Assembly (NCBI GenBank): GCA_003971905.1
Contig: RSEE01000034.1
Coordinates: 124,001 to 188,000 of the forward strand
Direction: 5' to 3'
From: Moniliella sp. 'wahieum'
Taxonomy: Eukaryota
DNA: 64,000 bases
Shown: one piece after another, positions 37,087 through 49,449 of the stretch
Position numbering within the stretch: position 1 is the first letter of the stretch
Layout: every line of letters begins with the position of its first letter
Notes under the pieces: model-generated
What the model was told of the DNA's origin: nothing
Databases searched by the model: none
The model's input: only the letters and a program-made list of their open reading frames with translations
Position numbers and translations under genes: made by a program

Positions 37087-38486
37087 ATGTCTCCTATCGC
37101 TCACGACCCGACCCAATGCCCAGAGAGCGCCCACACCGAGGGCCGCATTCAACAAGCCAACGGCCAGACTGCCGACCATGTTGCTTTTGAAACGCCCATC
37201 AGCCACAGCAATGGCGCCTCTGCCGGCAAGGACTTTTCCGTCCAGCCCTTTTCCAACCGCGCCTCGGACTTTCTGTCGAACGTGAGCAACTTCAAGATCA
37301 TCGAGTCGACGCTGCGTGAGGGCGAGCAGTTTGCCAACGCTTTCTTCGACACGGAGACCAAGATCAAGATTGCCAAGGCACTTGACGCGTTTGGCGTCGA
37401 CTGCATTGAGCTCACCTCCCCTGCCGCATCGGAGCAGAGCCGTGCCGACTGCGAGGCCATTTGCAAGCTCGGCCTCAAGACCAAGGTCATTACCCACATT
37501 CGCTGCCACATGGATGATGCCCGGATCGCTGTCCAGACGGGTGTCGACGGTGTCGACGTGGTTATGGGCACGTCCAAGTTCCTGCGGGAGTACTCGCATG
37601 GTAAGGACATGACCTACATTACCAAGAGGCAATCGAGGTGATCAACTACGTCAAGTCCCATGGCATTGAGATCCGTTTTTCGACCGAGGATTCCTTCCGC
37701 TCCGACCTGGTCGACCTCCTGTCCATCTACCAAGCCGTCGACAAGGTTGGTGTCAACCGTGTTGGCATTGCCGACACCGTTGGCGTGGCCAACCCGCGGC
37801 AAGTGTATGACTTGGTCCGTACCCTTCGTGGTGTGGTGAGCTGCGACATTGAGTGCCACTTCCACAATGACACTGGGTGCGCTATCGCCAACGCGTACAC
37901 TGCTCTTGAGGCTGGCGCCACCCACGTCGACACATCCGTTCTTGGTATTGGCGAGCGGAACGGGATCCCCTCCTTGGGAGGATTCATTGCCCGGATGTAC
38001 ACGGCTGACCGGGAGTATGTCATGTCGAAGTACAACCTCAAGGCGCTGCGTGAGGTGGAGAACTTGGTCGCAGAAGCGGTCGAGGTGCAAGTGCCGTTCA
38101 ACAACTACGTGACGGGGGCCTGTGCGTTCACCCACAAGGCGGGTATCCACGCCAAGGCCATCCTTGCCAACCCTTCCACGTACGAGATTCTTCGTCCGGA
38201 AGACTTTGGCATGAGCCGGTATGTGTCGATCGGCTCGCGGTTGACGGGCTGGAATGCGGTCAAGTCGCGTGCGCAGCAGCTCGAGCTCAACATGACCGAC
38301 GACCAGGTCAAGGACGCCACGAACAAGATCAAGCAGTTGGCCGACGTGCGCCCCCAGTCGGTGGAGGATGTGGACGTAATCTTGCGTGTCTACCACCGCG
38401 GTATCCAGGCCGGCCACGACATGACATCCGACAAGGTGTTCAAGCAGCTCTTTGAGCAACATCAAGCTGCTGCGATCGAGGCCTAA
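37087..38486 (+). CDS. LYS21: Homocitrate synthase (alpha-aminoadipate lysine pathway); single apparent 1-bp deletion at ~37627
   Basis: [60 protein letters not shown] and [20 protein letters not shown]. Confidence 0.95.
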
Positions 38487-39844
38487 ACGTTGAGACTGGC
38501 ATTCATGACGAGTCCTTGCTCCTTATTCCATTCAGGCGCTTCCCCAAAATGACGGCCTGGCCTGGCCCATCACCACCGCCCTCTCTTACTGTACTTATAC
38601 ATCTTCTTCTATCAGGTGGAAACCCACGCCCATTTGTGCCGCGCTCGGCCATGCATAGTACACATAGCATTTATGGGAGTAAGCTGCCGTAGTTGAGAAG
38701 GTGAGTAAAATACCTATTGAGTTACTACCTCCGCCTGAGTTGCGTCCGACTGTTACGAAGGGCGGCTGGTGAGCCGAGGGATGAGCATCCCAAGTAGCAG
38801 CGGGGGGTGCTTGGGGGTACAGTTCGTTCATTCCTGGGCCATCTACGAGTCTCGTCGTTGCCGTAATACTTGACTCGTTAGTGTATCTCGCCCCGTCGTC
38901 ATCGATCATCACTGGTGGCACGCAGCACACGCCTGTCTTTTTTGGATGATACAACCTCGGGCAGGGCGACTGAACTTGCCGTATCTGTAGCAAAAAGGGT
39001 CAAGGCAGAGGGGATGAGAACCACAGGAAACGTATGCCTCAGCTTCGTACCGAGAGGATGTGCAAAAGTAAAACTCGTTTGTCATATATGGCGTTCCATT
39101 TGGCGGCTCACACACGTTCAGCCGTCGGAGATGTATGCGACGGCGGCCGTCGTCGAACTTTCTCGGCGGTGATCGCGACCGCCAAACCAATGTCGCCAAC
39201 TTGGAGCCTTCGGGGCGATTTGCAGTTACGCCGCAAGAAATCTGTGCGGCCGAACTGGTCGTTCTTACGAATTCAGAAGCGGATTGGGCGGACAATGCCG
39301 GCGCGCTGGGCAAAGCCTGCCAGGGCCTACCGCGATACTATTACTACCTGTTGAACAGTGGGTGACTTTAGCAGCCGTACTAGTACTCATACCTCCGACC
39401 GTCGGAGAGACCCGCAGGCTCAACGTCTCTTTTCCACTCTCTCTTGCGTCCCCGCCGCATCATTGTGGCGCTTGCGTGGAGGTCATGAAGTGCCTACTCT
39501 GAGGTTGTGCGGGCAATACTCGGCTGCGACGGTCAAGTCGACTACGATTATGAAGAGGCACTCAGGAACAGGCACGATGGGTGCGGAATGACCATATCTT
39601 TCCATGGGCCAGGCGGCCTAGTTGTTTAGCAATGAGCCGCTGTGCTTAGCACATGAGCAAGGTGCATAGAGAGAACAGTGTTTTGGGATGGAGTGCATAT
39701 GCCCACTCCACAGGAACGAAGGAGGTAGCCATACAAATCCTATCACAGAATAAAAGCATCTGTTCAGTCGGCCAAATTTTGGCGCGGTGTACCATGAGCC
39801 TACTGGGCCGCTCCCTCATCCCCCAGGTACCAGTGACGAGTGGC

Positions 39845-40636
39845 TTAGTTGGCCGCCTCGCGCTGGGCACGGCGCTGGTCACGCTCCTCCGTGATGGTGA
39901 GCTTAATGCCGCCGCCACGAGGGAGGGAGATCAAGTGCTGACCGTCGTTGCCGGTGATGAAGATGTTGCCAATGCGAGTGGAGAATTCGCGGCCAATGGG
40001 GTCACGAACGTGGACAATGTCAAAGCCACCGGGGTGCGAGTCGCGGCCAATGATCACGCCCACACGGCCCTGGTTACGACCGCCGGTGGCCATGACCGAG
40101 GCACCCTGTTGGAACTTGACAATCTCCTCTAGCTTGTTCTCAACCAAGTTGAACTTGATCGAGTCACCAGCCTTGACGTCCGGGTCCGGGTAGCGGATGG
40201 TCCGGCCGTCGTGGGTGACAATGTGGGGCACGCCGCGCGGGCCGAGCTCTGCACGCTTGACCTTGAGCAGCTTGTAGGCAGCCTCCTCGGGAGCGATGCG
40301 GTGGACGACAAAGCGGCCCTTGACATCGTAGAGGATGCGGAAGTACTCGCCCGACTTTTCAATGCTAATCACGTCCATAAAGCCCGTGGGGTAGGTGATG
40401 TCGGTGCGGACCTTGTTGTCAACCTTGATGAGGCGCTGCTGGACAATGGTGTTGACCTCGCGGCCGTTGAGGGCGTACTTCAAACGGTTGCGGAGGAGCA
40501 CCACCATGGGCAGGCTCTCACGCAGCTTGTGGGGGCCGGTGCTGGGGCGGGGGGCGTAAACACCGCCGAGCTTGTCGAGCATCCAGCTCGAAGGTGCTGC
40601 GAGCCGCTTCAGGTGCTTGCGAGGACCACGGACCAT
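39845..40636 (-). CDS. RPS4: 40S ribosomal protein S4 (eS4)
   Basis: Intact 263-aa [28 protein letters not shown]...[12 protein letters not shown]... Confidence 0.98.
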   Translation of the reverse strand: MVRGPRKHLKRLAAPSSWMLDKLGGVYAPRPSTGPHKLRESLPMVVLLRNRLKYALNGREVNTIVQQRLIKVDNKVRTDITYPTGFMDVISIEKSGEYFRILYDVKGRFVVHRIAPEEAAYKLLKVKRAELGPRGVPHIVTHDGRTIRYPDPDVKAGDSIKFNLVENKLEEIVKFQQGASVMATGGRNQGRVGVIIGRDSHPGGFDIVHVRDPIGREFSTRIGNIFITGNDGQHLISLPRGGGIKLTITEERDQRRAQREAAN

Positions 40637-40714
40637 CTGAGGAAGGGGAGCAAACGAAAAAGGTTAGTCGGTAGCCGCGTTGACAAGCACATGCGCATGC
40701 GTGGCTTCACCTAC
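40637..40714 (-). other. 5'-UTR intron of RPS4 ending immediately before the ATG
   Basis: AAG|GTAGGT...GACTAAC...pyrimidine tract...CCTCAG|ATG on the minus strand. Confidence 0.85.
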
Positions 40715-41142
40715 CTTGCCAACGTCTGTTCTTGGTGGAGGTGTAGGAGTCGGACGTGCTGGTCTTGGCCAAGCAGTTGCAGGCGGGAGCGGGTGGGTGC
40801 GGCAGGGTTACAGCTCGGCAGCATGGGGCTAGTGGTGCATTGCCGCAGCAGCTGCCTCACTCTCGTTGGGGGAGGCTAGGGTTAGTTGAAGCTTTTCGTT
40901 GCATGCGTCGCTGTCACAGAAGTAGAGAAAGGTTAGCTTTTGAACGTTGAAGTTGTGCGATGGCACCTGGTCGTTCATTTGAACGTTCAAGTTGGATGTT
41001 GAACAGTTGAACGTTGGAACCGGGGCATTGACGCTTGGTAGCGCCACAGCCTCTCGCCTGGTGCCCCGATGGTCGTAGTAACACAATCCTCCACCATCTT
41101 CCAAGTTGGCTCGGGCCGCTTGCCGCGTGGATGCTCATGGCC

Positions 41143-41803
41143 ATGTTCCACACATGGGCACCCAAACCACGCATCCTCGTGCTGGGAATCTGCTTCCTGG
41201 TGCTGGTGTTAGCCCAGGCGGTGTCGTCTGCAGCCTCTGCGGCGCCCCATCCCACGCGTCTCATCCCATCCAGCAACTTCGCCCCACAAGAGTCATCTTC
41301 ATGGCACAGAAGGGATACGCCGCTGGTGCCTGCTGAAGTAGGCACAGTGTCAGGGTACATGTGCAGATGCACGTGCTTTGGCACCAACTCCACCGTTGTC
41401 CCCCTCCTCCTCCTTCTGCCGGAGCTACGGGCCCTGCCTGCTCGGCCTGTACCAAACAGTTCTGCCTCAGCCTCGGCCTTGACATGTGCCAAGGTGCCCA
41501 AGCTGGATCGGCGGACCAGGATACCGGCACAGGGTTCGAGGGTGACGTATGGGCACGCTGTTTCCAAAAAGACTCCGACAAGGACTATGCAGTGGTGACC
41601 TTGTACCTCACCGCCATTGTCTGCCTACTCCTGTGGGCCCTAATTCGGCCACATATGCACTCGTGGGTTGCAGTACGTCATTTCGCATTCCTTCTCCTCC
41701 TCCTGGACTGACTCTCTGAACTCACTTGAAGATCTACCGCGACGGCGGTCCTGGAGCAGTCTATCAGGCTGTCCGGCGCGCCCCTTGGGGCCGGGCTCGC
41801 TGA
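41143..41803 (+). CDS. Small Cys-rich fungal membrane protein of unknown function (signal peptide, C-terminal TM)
   Basis: Hydrophobic N-terminus; MCRCTCFGTNSTVV, CSACTKQFCL..LDMC and RCFQKDSDKD + TM. Frameshift near 41400; intron ~41673-41731. Confidence 0.7.
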
Positions 41804-42079
41804 GTGCTCGCGATTGCGAGTTTCTTGGCTGCCCTGACTTGTTGTTTGACTTGCACACCGCCCTCATGTCCCACTACCTTTACAGCCTAAATTAACCCTG
41901 CAGCAGTCGATACCTACAGTGTCACGCCTGGTAGACATAACATCAAATAGATGAGGTAGTCGACCAGCCATCAGCTCTCGGCTTCTTCGAGCCATCAAAT
42001 CAACGAGAAGTTAGATCAACCCCGTTTTGCAAACATTGTCGCTGACCGTAGCGGTGTAGAAAACCGAGCGGTCCAGGAC

Positions 42080-43132
42080 CTAGGCAGCCTTTCGGCCCTT
42101 TCCCCTGCGTCGCTTCGGGGCAGGCTCCTCGTCTTCGTCGTCGTCATCGTCTTCCTCTTTGTTCTCGGGTACCACCTTCGCATTCTTGCGCCTTCCACTC
42201 CGAGGTTTGATAGGCTGAGACTGGCCCTCTTCTTCCTCATGCTTCTCCTTCTTGGTACTCTTTCGGGACTTCTTGCTCGGCGCATCCTCATCCTTCGTCT
42301 CTGTGGGAGCCTTGCTGGCCCGGCCGCGCCCGCGCGTGGATCTAGCTTTAGGCTTGGGCTCTTCCGGCTCCTCTTGCACGACTTCTTCCTCCACTGGCTT
42401 GGCCGCCTTGGCGCGTCCTCGCGTAGCCCTGCCCTTGGCCTTTGGTTTCTCATGCTCCTCTTCCTCTCTCTCTCTTCATTTTCTTCTTCCTCCTCGGTCA
42501 GGGGCTCTTCTTCGCTCTCCACTGTCTTGGTCTTGCGCTTTCGCTTGGGGGTCGCCTGACTCTTTTTGGCTTCGCGCTCTGCCTTCTTGGTCTCCTTGGC
42601 TGCTTGCTTGCTGGCCTCGCGCTCGGAAGGCTTGAGCTGTGTCGGCGGGATGTCTTCATCGGCAACGTGGCCCTCCTCAATCGCAGTCAACACCTTTTCC
42701 TGGTCCTCCTCCCGCAGCCCATCAAACCCCTCTAGCTCCTTGGCCACATCGGCATACTCTGTTTTCATGTTGGCTAGCTGTCGGTCCGTCACACAGCCCC
42801 CTGCACCCCACCCCATCATCACCATCGCCACGGGTCAGTTTAACCGGTTAGCATCCAGCCTCTCACACAGACCGAAACAAGACCCCACTCACAATGCCGC
42901 CAGTGCCAAGAAGGATGGCCATTAATTGTCACCATCGTTCCGAATCGCAACTGGCCCTTCTCAATTTTGGTGCCTGTGCACGGCGCAAGTCCCTGCATCA
43001 AGGGGCGGGGAGAGGGGCACAACAAGGGACCATAACGCGGCAGCGGTCAGCTGGGGCTCTAGGTAGGAGGCGAGGGTAACGCACCTTGCACCCGGACCGG
43101 CTGTTGTTGCTATACTGGATGCAGTACACCAT
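42080..43132 (-). CDS. Stand-alone PARP-type zinc-finger protein with K/E-rich tail; 2 introns
   Basis: Y.IQYS..SRSGCK|GLAPC.GTKIEKGQLRFG...WHWRHWGCVT...LEGFDGL.EEDQEKV..AIEEGHVADEDIP. Introns ~43084-42993 and ~42892-42801; frameshifts in low-complexity tail. Confidence 0.85.
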
Positions 43133-43652
43133 CCTGCTTGCTGGGCGGTTGGACAACTGGGTAGATGGGTCGAGATGCTGATGGGTCAGAGAAGAGAAAG
43201 AGGTGGAAGCAGCTAGCGATGCTTGACGTGCCCGCCGAGCAATAAGGTGCCGTGTTAACTGGGTCCGAACGCGAATTTAATTGCCGTTTACTTAGTTAAG
43301 CTCCCCAGCAGGCTCGGGTTGGATTTTAAATGCGCAGATATTAGTGGCTGAGGCTCAGGCGCTCAGGGGCGCAGGGACTGCGGCCAGAAGCTAAGGGCGC
43401 CTGAAGGGAGCCTGAAGCTTGAAGGGAGCCTGAAGGGGGAAGGGGCGGCTGCTTGGCAGCTACAGCCTGCTATAGCAGAACGCGTCACTTCTGTGCTGCT
43501 TCCCTCTTGATGAACGACATTAGAGCGCTACAGAAGCTATTCTGATGGTCGATGACGTCGATGACGCGAATGGGTCCGCCAATGGAGACAGGGCGAAAAA
43601 ACTGATAAAGGTGTACTAACGATTGCTGGACAGTGGACAAGCGAAACTCCAA

Positions 43653-45470
43653 TCACGATAGATATATATTTTGGTGGGGCTGGGTTATTACGTCTTGGGC
43701 GTCAGGAACCGCACCACTAGCCATGCCGCCAGCCCAAATCCAAGGCCTGACAGCTTCTCTTTGGCTGTGTGGAAAAACCTGGGTCATGAGCAGCATCCAC
43801 ATCCACAGCCCTATCAATGCAAGCGTCAATGCGAGAGACAGAGCGTGAACGAGAGGTGAGAAGAGGATCGGGACCAGCCCTGCAGGCGGGCTGGCAGTTT
43901 TCGAACCACTGCCACCGTTTGAAAGGTAACTCGTCCCATCCCCAGCCCAATTTGGTTCGCCGTGCAGAGATGCAGTGATGGAGCTGGACGCCGTTCCAAC
44001 CATGATTGCGGCCAGCTCGGATGATGAGATATGCAACTGGGAGTGTGGGGGAGTGTAGTTCGGGCCACTGGGTAAGGGGGTAAAGTTGGAGGTGGGGGTG
44101 GAAGGGGTGATGCCCAGTGCACAGGATGCGTAGGTAAATACACGGAATGGGTTGGCGGGCCACCGTGTCCTGCTTGGATATAGTTCCCCAAGACACGGAA
44201 GCACGTACGGCAAAAAGGGAGTAATCTCTTCCAAAAGCCAAAGGATGGAGAGTACAAGAAGGAATGTATGTCCGGAAACGTCATGACCGTTTTTCCCTGT
44301 GCAAAAAAACAAAGTGGATACAAACAGAAGTCAGCCAGGGTAGATGCACACATATCCATCAGAAATACTACGCACATTCAGCTGACATGCCGCCACCAGC
44401 AGCGACACGCGCAGCGACCCGGTCGCCTTCTTGAAAAACTGGGGATGGCTCTGTAAGGTAATACGCTTGCGGGGATTGAGGCAGTAAGAAGGGTCCACAG
44501 CTTGTTGGAGAGCGAGCTTGAAGCTGGATGAATAAAGCAACGACGAGGCGGAGACGGGCAGGAGAGGCACACAACGTCCGCCCGTGAATTGGTACACACG
44601 CACCATAATGGCTGGGCCAAAGAACCAGGTAGTGAATGTAACTAAAAAGAGATAATACGAGTCGGTACATGGAACAACAATGAGGCAGAGGAAGATGAAC
44701 GTACACCAGCACATGGTGGCCACGATCAGGCGGGCGATCGAGGCTCGGAAGGGGGCTGTGAGAAATTGGAGTTCTTGGCTGCGTTCCTGTTCGTGTTCCT
44801 GGTAGATGAGAGACTGGGCTTGTTTCAGCAGCAGCTCCTGCTGGTGTGGGTGTAATTGACGCCGGCGCGGGGAAATACTTGTTACGGTGGATAGATCTGG
44901 GTGCAGCTGGAAAACAGAAGAGGCCGGGGTACGAGGGACGGGACTTCCATGCAGGTCATCAACAGTCGTGTCAGCTGACGCATTCTCCATTTCGAGCTGG
45001 CGACGCAGTTGTCGGTACTTCTGGCGGACGAGCTTCTCGAGCTTGCATTTGCGACGCAAGTCGCGCTCTGTGACTGCCAGACTGTAAGTGGAGCGAAGGA
45101 GCAGGAACTGTACGGCCCAGAGGGCCAAGTTCCAGACCCATCCGCGCTTAACAAAGTAGATGTTGAAGATGTTGTGTTTCTGGGAAAACAGGTGGGACGG
45201 GGGGAGAAAGCGGCTGTGGGACGTGGGGGAGGAGGAGGGGGCGAGCTGGAGGAGCTCAAGATGGTCGAGCCCGGCGAGCCGGACATGGTAGCCGTTTGTG
45301 TCAAAGGCCCAGGACCAGAGCGAGCCAGCAAGGACAAGTGCAGCGACCCCAGCCACGTAGAGGCGGTGGTAGGGATGCAGCTCGAGCGAGTGCCCAACCC
45401 ACGGACGCCGCGAGCCAGCCATGTCGAGATGGGCGTGGGGATTGTCGGTGGGCCTGACAGTGGCAGGCAC
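43653..45470 (-). CDS. SCS3: FIT/Scs3 family acyl-CoA diphosphatase (fat storage-inducing transmembrane protein)
   Basis: FSQKHNIFNIYFVKRGWVW, TTWFFGPAIM.RV...TGG.C, GHDVSGHTFLL and LWMWMLLMTQVF.HS..E. Exact splicing unresolved. Confidence 0.85.
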
Positions 45471-45760
45471 GCTGAGCGCTGCGCTGACGAGACATATTCC
45501 ACCCAGCAGGCCCTGGTACCTGATTGATGAGCTGATGCATGATGGCCCTGGGACGATGCTTGGCAGAGCGCGGGGCTGGCGGAATTTAGGCGTGCGGTGC
45601 CCCGCGCGCGGAATGCCAAGCGCCAGGCTTCAAGTTTCAAGCGAGATGATCGATAGCCGATCAGCACGTGCGTCTACCCGTTCAACTTGAACGTTCACAT
45701 ATGGCTGGAGTATGGCATGTGGCTAGCTGCTACGCTGGTCTGGGTATCCATTTCGCCATT

Positions 45761-47187
45761 TCATGTCTGGCCATCCTGCAGGCACTGGTGCAGAGGCGGC
45801 AGAGTGTACGCTGGTGCTGCCTCGTCCCAACGCCGCCGCGTCTGCTGCAGCTGCTCAGTTGCTCCCGCCCGCCGCACCTCCAGTGGCGCCGCCATCGACC
45901 CAAGCCCCTCGCGCTGCGTCATCGGAAGCGGTGGCAAGGCCGGGATGCGACTTTGGGGGAGAACATCCGCCGCCCACGGGGTCACGTTCTGGCTGGACCG
46001 ACCGCTCTGCCTCTGGCCCTGGCCCAGATTCAGGCCCAGATCAATCGGGGAAGCGGTGGCATCGAGGGCGGAGGCATCGGTGGCAGAGGGGGAAGGATCA
46101 GCCGTGTGGGTCCAGATGGCCCCGCACGTGGTGGCGAGGTGCCTCTTGCCTCCTGTACGTGGGCGAGGTGGGGCAAGGGACTGGGCGGCGGGGACGGGTG
46201 CCTGAGCTCGATGCTGCCAGTGGGCCGGCCCGCTTGTCGCATCGCCTTGGCTGCGTTCGATGCTCGGTTGCGCTCGGCCCGGACTCGTGCCAGCTTGGTG
46301 GACCACCGCCCGCCTGGGCGACAGGACTGGGCATGTTTGCGCAACAATTCAGGCGAGGTATGGTAGTAATAACAGTCGCCAAACACGCAATGGAACTGGC
46401 CATCGGGCGATCGCTCCACTTTGAACACGGTTGTCTTGCGCAGTGGATACGGAAGTTGGTCAATCACTTGTTGGTGGGCCAAGCGGCGGTGGGCACGCAT
46501 CTGACCTGAAGAAGGGTACTCAGCCCCGCACCCGGGCACAGGACACTTGTGCAACTTGGTCCCAACCCCATTGGAAGCGGGTGTGGGAGTAGAGTCCTGC
46601 ACCTTGCTTCGGCGCATTGGCAGTTTTGATGGCGCGGGAGGCTCGGGAGGGGGTCGAGGTTGGGCGAAGTGGGAGTATGGATGGGAAAGCGGGTACTGAT
46701 GAGGGTGGGAATGAGGATAGGGAGGGGGCGGAGCCGGAGTCGGAAGAGACCCTATGCTTGGCTCGGATGTAGATTCAACGCCACCCCAGGGAAGGCCAGC
46801 CAAAGCAATCGCAGCAGCCCATGCGGATTGAACGGACTCGTCGCCAGGCGGCAGTGGCAGCGACGACGGATGCGGCAGAGTGACAGAAGTCGGCATAGTC
46901 TGTCCCTGGGCCTGAGTAGGCTGCTTGGCGGCACAGGTACGCACATGAGGGTGCAATGAAGAGGTGTGGAATGTGGTCCACTTGCATCCAGGCCAGGGAC
47001 AGACCCATGGATCTTCTTCGTGTGCTCGAGAGACGGTGATGCTTGCTCCACCATCGGATTCCCTCAGGCGAAGGGTGCTGGTGAGCTGGTGCCGTCGCAT
47101 GTGAGATCGACGGGCCGAGCTGGAGCTGAACTCGGCGGAGCAGTGGGGACATTTTTCTCGCGATGAACCCGGTGGACTGAAGGACAT
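45761..47187 (-). CDS. Zinc-finger protein with two (C2H2 + C2HC) modules; C-terminus probably frameshifted
   Basis: CPHC..HMRRH / CPWPGC..HVRTC and CPVPGC..HRRLAH / CVFGDC..HAQSC in ORF 46030-47187. An overlapping frame continues to 45761. Confidence 0.75.
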
Positions 47188-48435
47188 GATGATTGGGAAG
47201 GGAAAGGAGATGTCGGCGTGAGGTCAAGAAATGGTCTGGGGTGGAAGGCGGTCGTATAGAGGTCGAGAGGGGTGTTGCGGGCGACTTAGTGTGAGACGGA
47301 AGCACAAGGCTCAACGATGATGTTAAAGAGGCGGGGAGAGGGCGGAGAAAGGCGGAGAAAGTGGAACACAGATGCAGGGAATGGGTGTATCAGCATCCGT
47401 GTTACCCACACGGGTGGTAAAAGTGGCGGTTACGAGCGACGGTGGTTTGCTTGGGGTTTAGTGGCGGGGAGAAGGCATGGCAGTGGACAGAAAAGATGTG
47501 GGGGAGGGGGGAGCTGATTGTGAACAAGTCTCGCCAAGAGGGGAATTGGGAGGAAGGGACCGAGGGGGGGGGATCAGGTGTTCTCAGCCTAGCTAGGTGT
47601 AACCTCACACGGTGCCAACCGTCAACATTCAAGGTTGAACTTCAACGGTCGACTGAGGTTCGACCTGCGGGTGCGATTGGTTGGCGCAAAACCCAGAGGC
47701 CTCAGCCTAGCCTACGACAAAACCCCCGCGTTGGGCAGGCCGATCTGGCTGCTGGGGCTGCGGCGGGAGAGGTTGTGCTCATTGCGTGTTACGCGTTACG
47801 GGACTGGCTGGCTGGGGAGACCGGAGACGAAGGGTTTGGTTGAACCAAAGTTGACTCGAGCGCTAAGCAAGCCTGCGATCGAGCCCACCCGGGCAGCAGG
47901 CAGGGGCGTGTGCAATGGGGCCAGGGGCTGGGGAAGCGGGTGGGAGCAACTGGCGGGTGGGGTGATGCATCCGGGTGGGTGAAGCTGAAGACGCGAGTGG
48001 GCCGAGCTGGATGTGGGTCACGCGCTCCAGCCTGGTTTTCAAACGGCGGAGCCGCACTCAGTAACTCAGCACCCAGAACGTAGAACCCAGAACTCAGCTG
48101 TCCTCAGCCGGCTCGCCAGTGTGGCAGCAAAACTCGTATGGTTATGCCGGTTATGGGTGATGCATTTGTGCCGCTCACCGGTCACGTCAGCGGTTGTTCT
48201 TGGGGCAGCCCGAACGTTACGCGTCAGAAACGCCAAACGTCAAGACGTGACTATTGGTGACTGTGCGGCGCCATGCTGCGGCCCAGAGCCCTGCCGAGCG
48301 CCGCCTGAGGCCTGAGATGGCTCAATTGGGCGGATCGATGGGTTTGCGCAGCGCGGGGGCGGTGTGTCGCCATCAGAGGGTGTCTGTGCGACTCGCCTGG
48401 GCGTCTGGCGAGACAGTTTTCTGTTGTACTTGCTG

Positions 48436-48950
48436 AGTGACTGGTTACTAGTTACTAGTTACTGAGCACCGAGTTCAGCTACGCCCGCCTGCCTGAGCAA
48501 GCAGCAACCGCCCCCCCGAAGCGCCGACAACACCCTATGTAGCACCAACAAACTCACCCCAGTCTTGCCAGGGCTCCGCCCCGTATGACCCTATTTTTGC
48601 CTCTCAGATCTCAGGGCCCGCCCTGAGACTGCTCTACTCCTGCACCCAAGCACCAGCGCGCACATCCATCACATCCCAGCCTCATAACCTCTCGTCTCTT
48701 CCTCCTGATGCATCTGATGCATCCGGCCCCATTAGCGTTACGCGTTACGCGGTTACTGATTACCGGTTACCGGTTACCGGTTACGCGTGCACAGAGGGCG
48801 CATATCCTTGTCCTGTGTGTACTTTGGCCGTAGTCACCTATTCGTGTCTGTCACTCGTTATACCCGCTGGTGTCGCGTCTCTTCCGCATCATTCAGAGTT
48901 TCAGAACCTCAGAGCTTCAGAGCTTCAGAGCTTCAGAGCTTCAGCCGTTC
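48436..48950. repeat. Cluster of short palindromic tandem repeats: (AGTTACT)2, (CGTTACG)2, (GGTTACC)2, (CTTCAGAG)~4
   Basis: 48450-48463, 48736-48749, 48765-48778 and 48908-48945. Confidence 0.9.
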
Positions 48951-49449
48951 AGCGCGCCTAGCCCAGGCCTAGAAACTCAGAATCCAACAACAGATCAGTG
49001 CATATGGTACATCACCGATCAGTCACCGGACAGTTCGTTTGGACCCAATGTGCCCATTCCACCTAAGTGGTGGTGCTGGGAACGCACTGATGGCGTAGAA
49101 ACGTTGCACATTGGATTCTCTCTTGGTCACAAGCGGGCTAGACATCTGCATCATGGTCAAACACCGTTGCCCCTTCCGAGTACCGAGCCCCGCGGGCCAT
49201 CCAAGGCCACGGGCATGTGCACCCAACATTGACACGATGGCATCCTATACTCGGACCAAGACCCAGCTGTACACAGAGCCGAGGCATTCCAACAAGGCGA
49301 CGTGGGGTGGGTGAGAAGCCTATTACCCCCCAGACAAAAATGCATTCACTGCCCCCTCCGTTGTGATTACTGACGGATTCAACGGCCTGCCCCGGCTTCC
49401 CCCCTCCGCCGCGGCGGCGATAGCACCGAAATGGGGTCAGGCTCAGGCC

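Noticed and set aside
37610..37645. Programmed ribosomal frameshift in homocitrate synthase
   Set aside because: No slippery heptamer or stimulator is evident, and similar indels occur in many unrelated genes, favouring sequence error.
36949..38465. Long antisense ORFs over homocitrate synthase (also over RPS4, TauD and Oxa1)
   Set aside because: Expected shadows of strong GC3 codon bias; no domains.
38595..39600. Possible minus-strand gene between homocitrate synthase and RPS4
   Set aside because: Only short ORFs without recognisable motifs or a consistent splice model.
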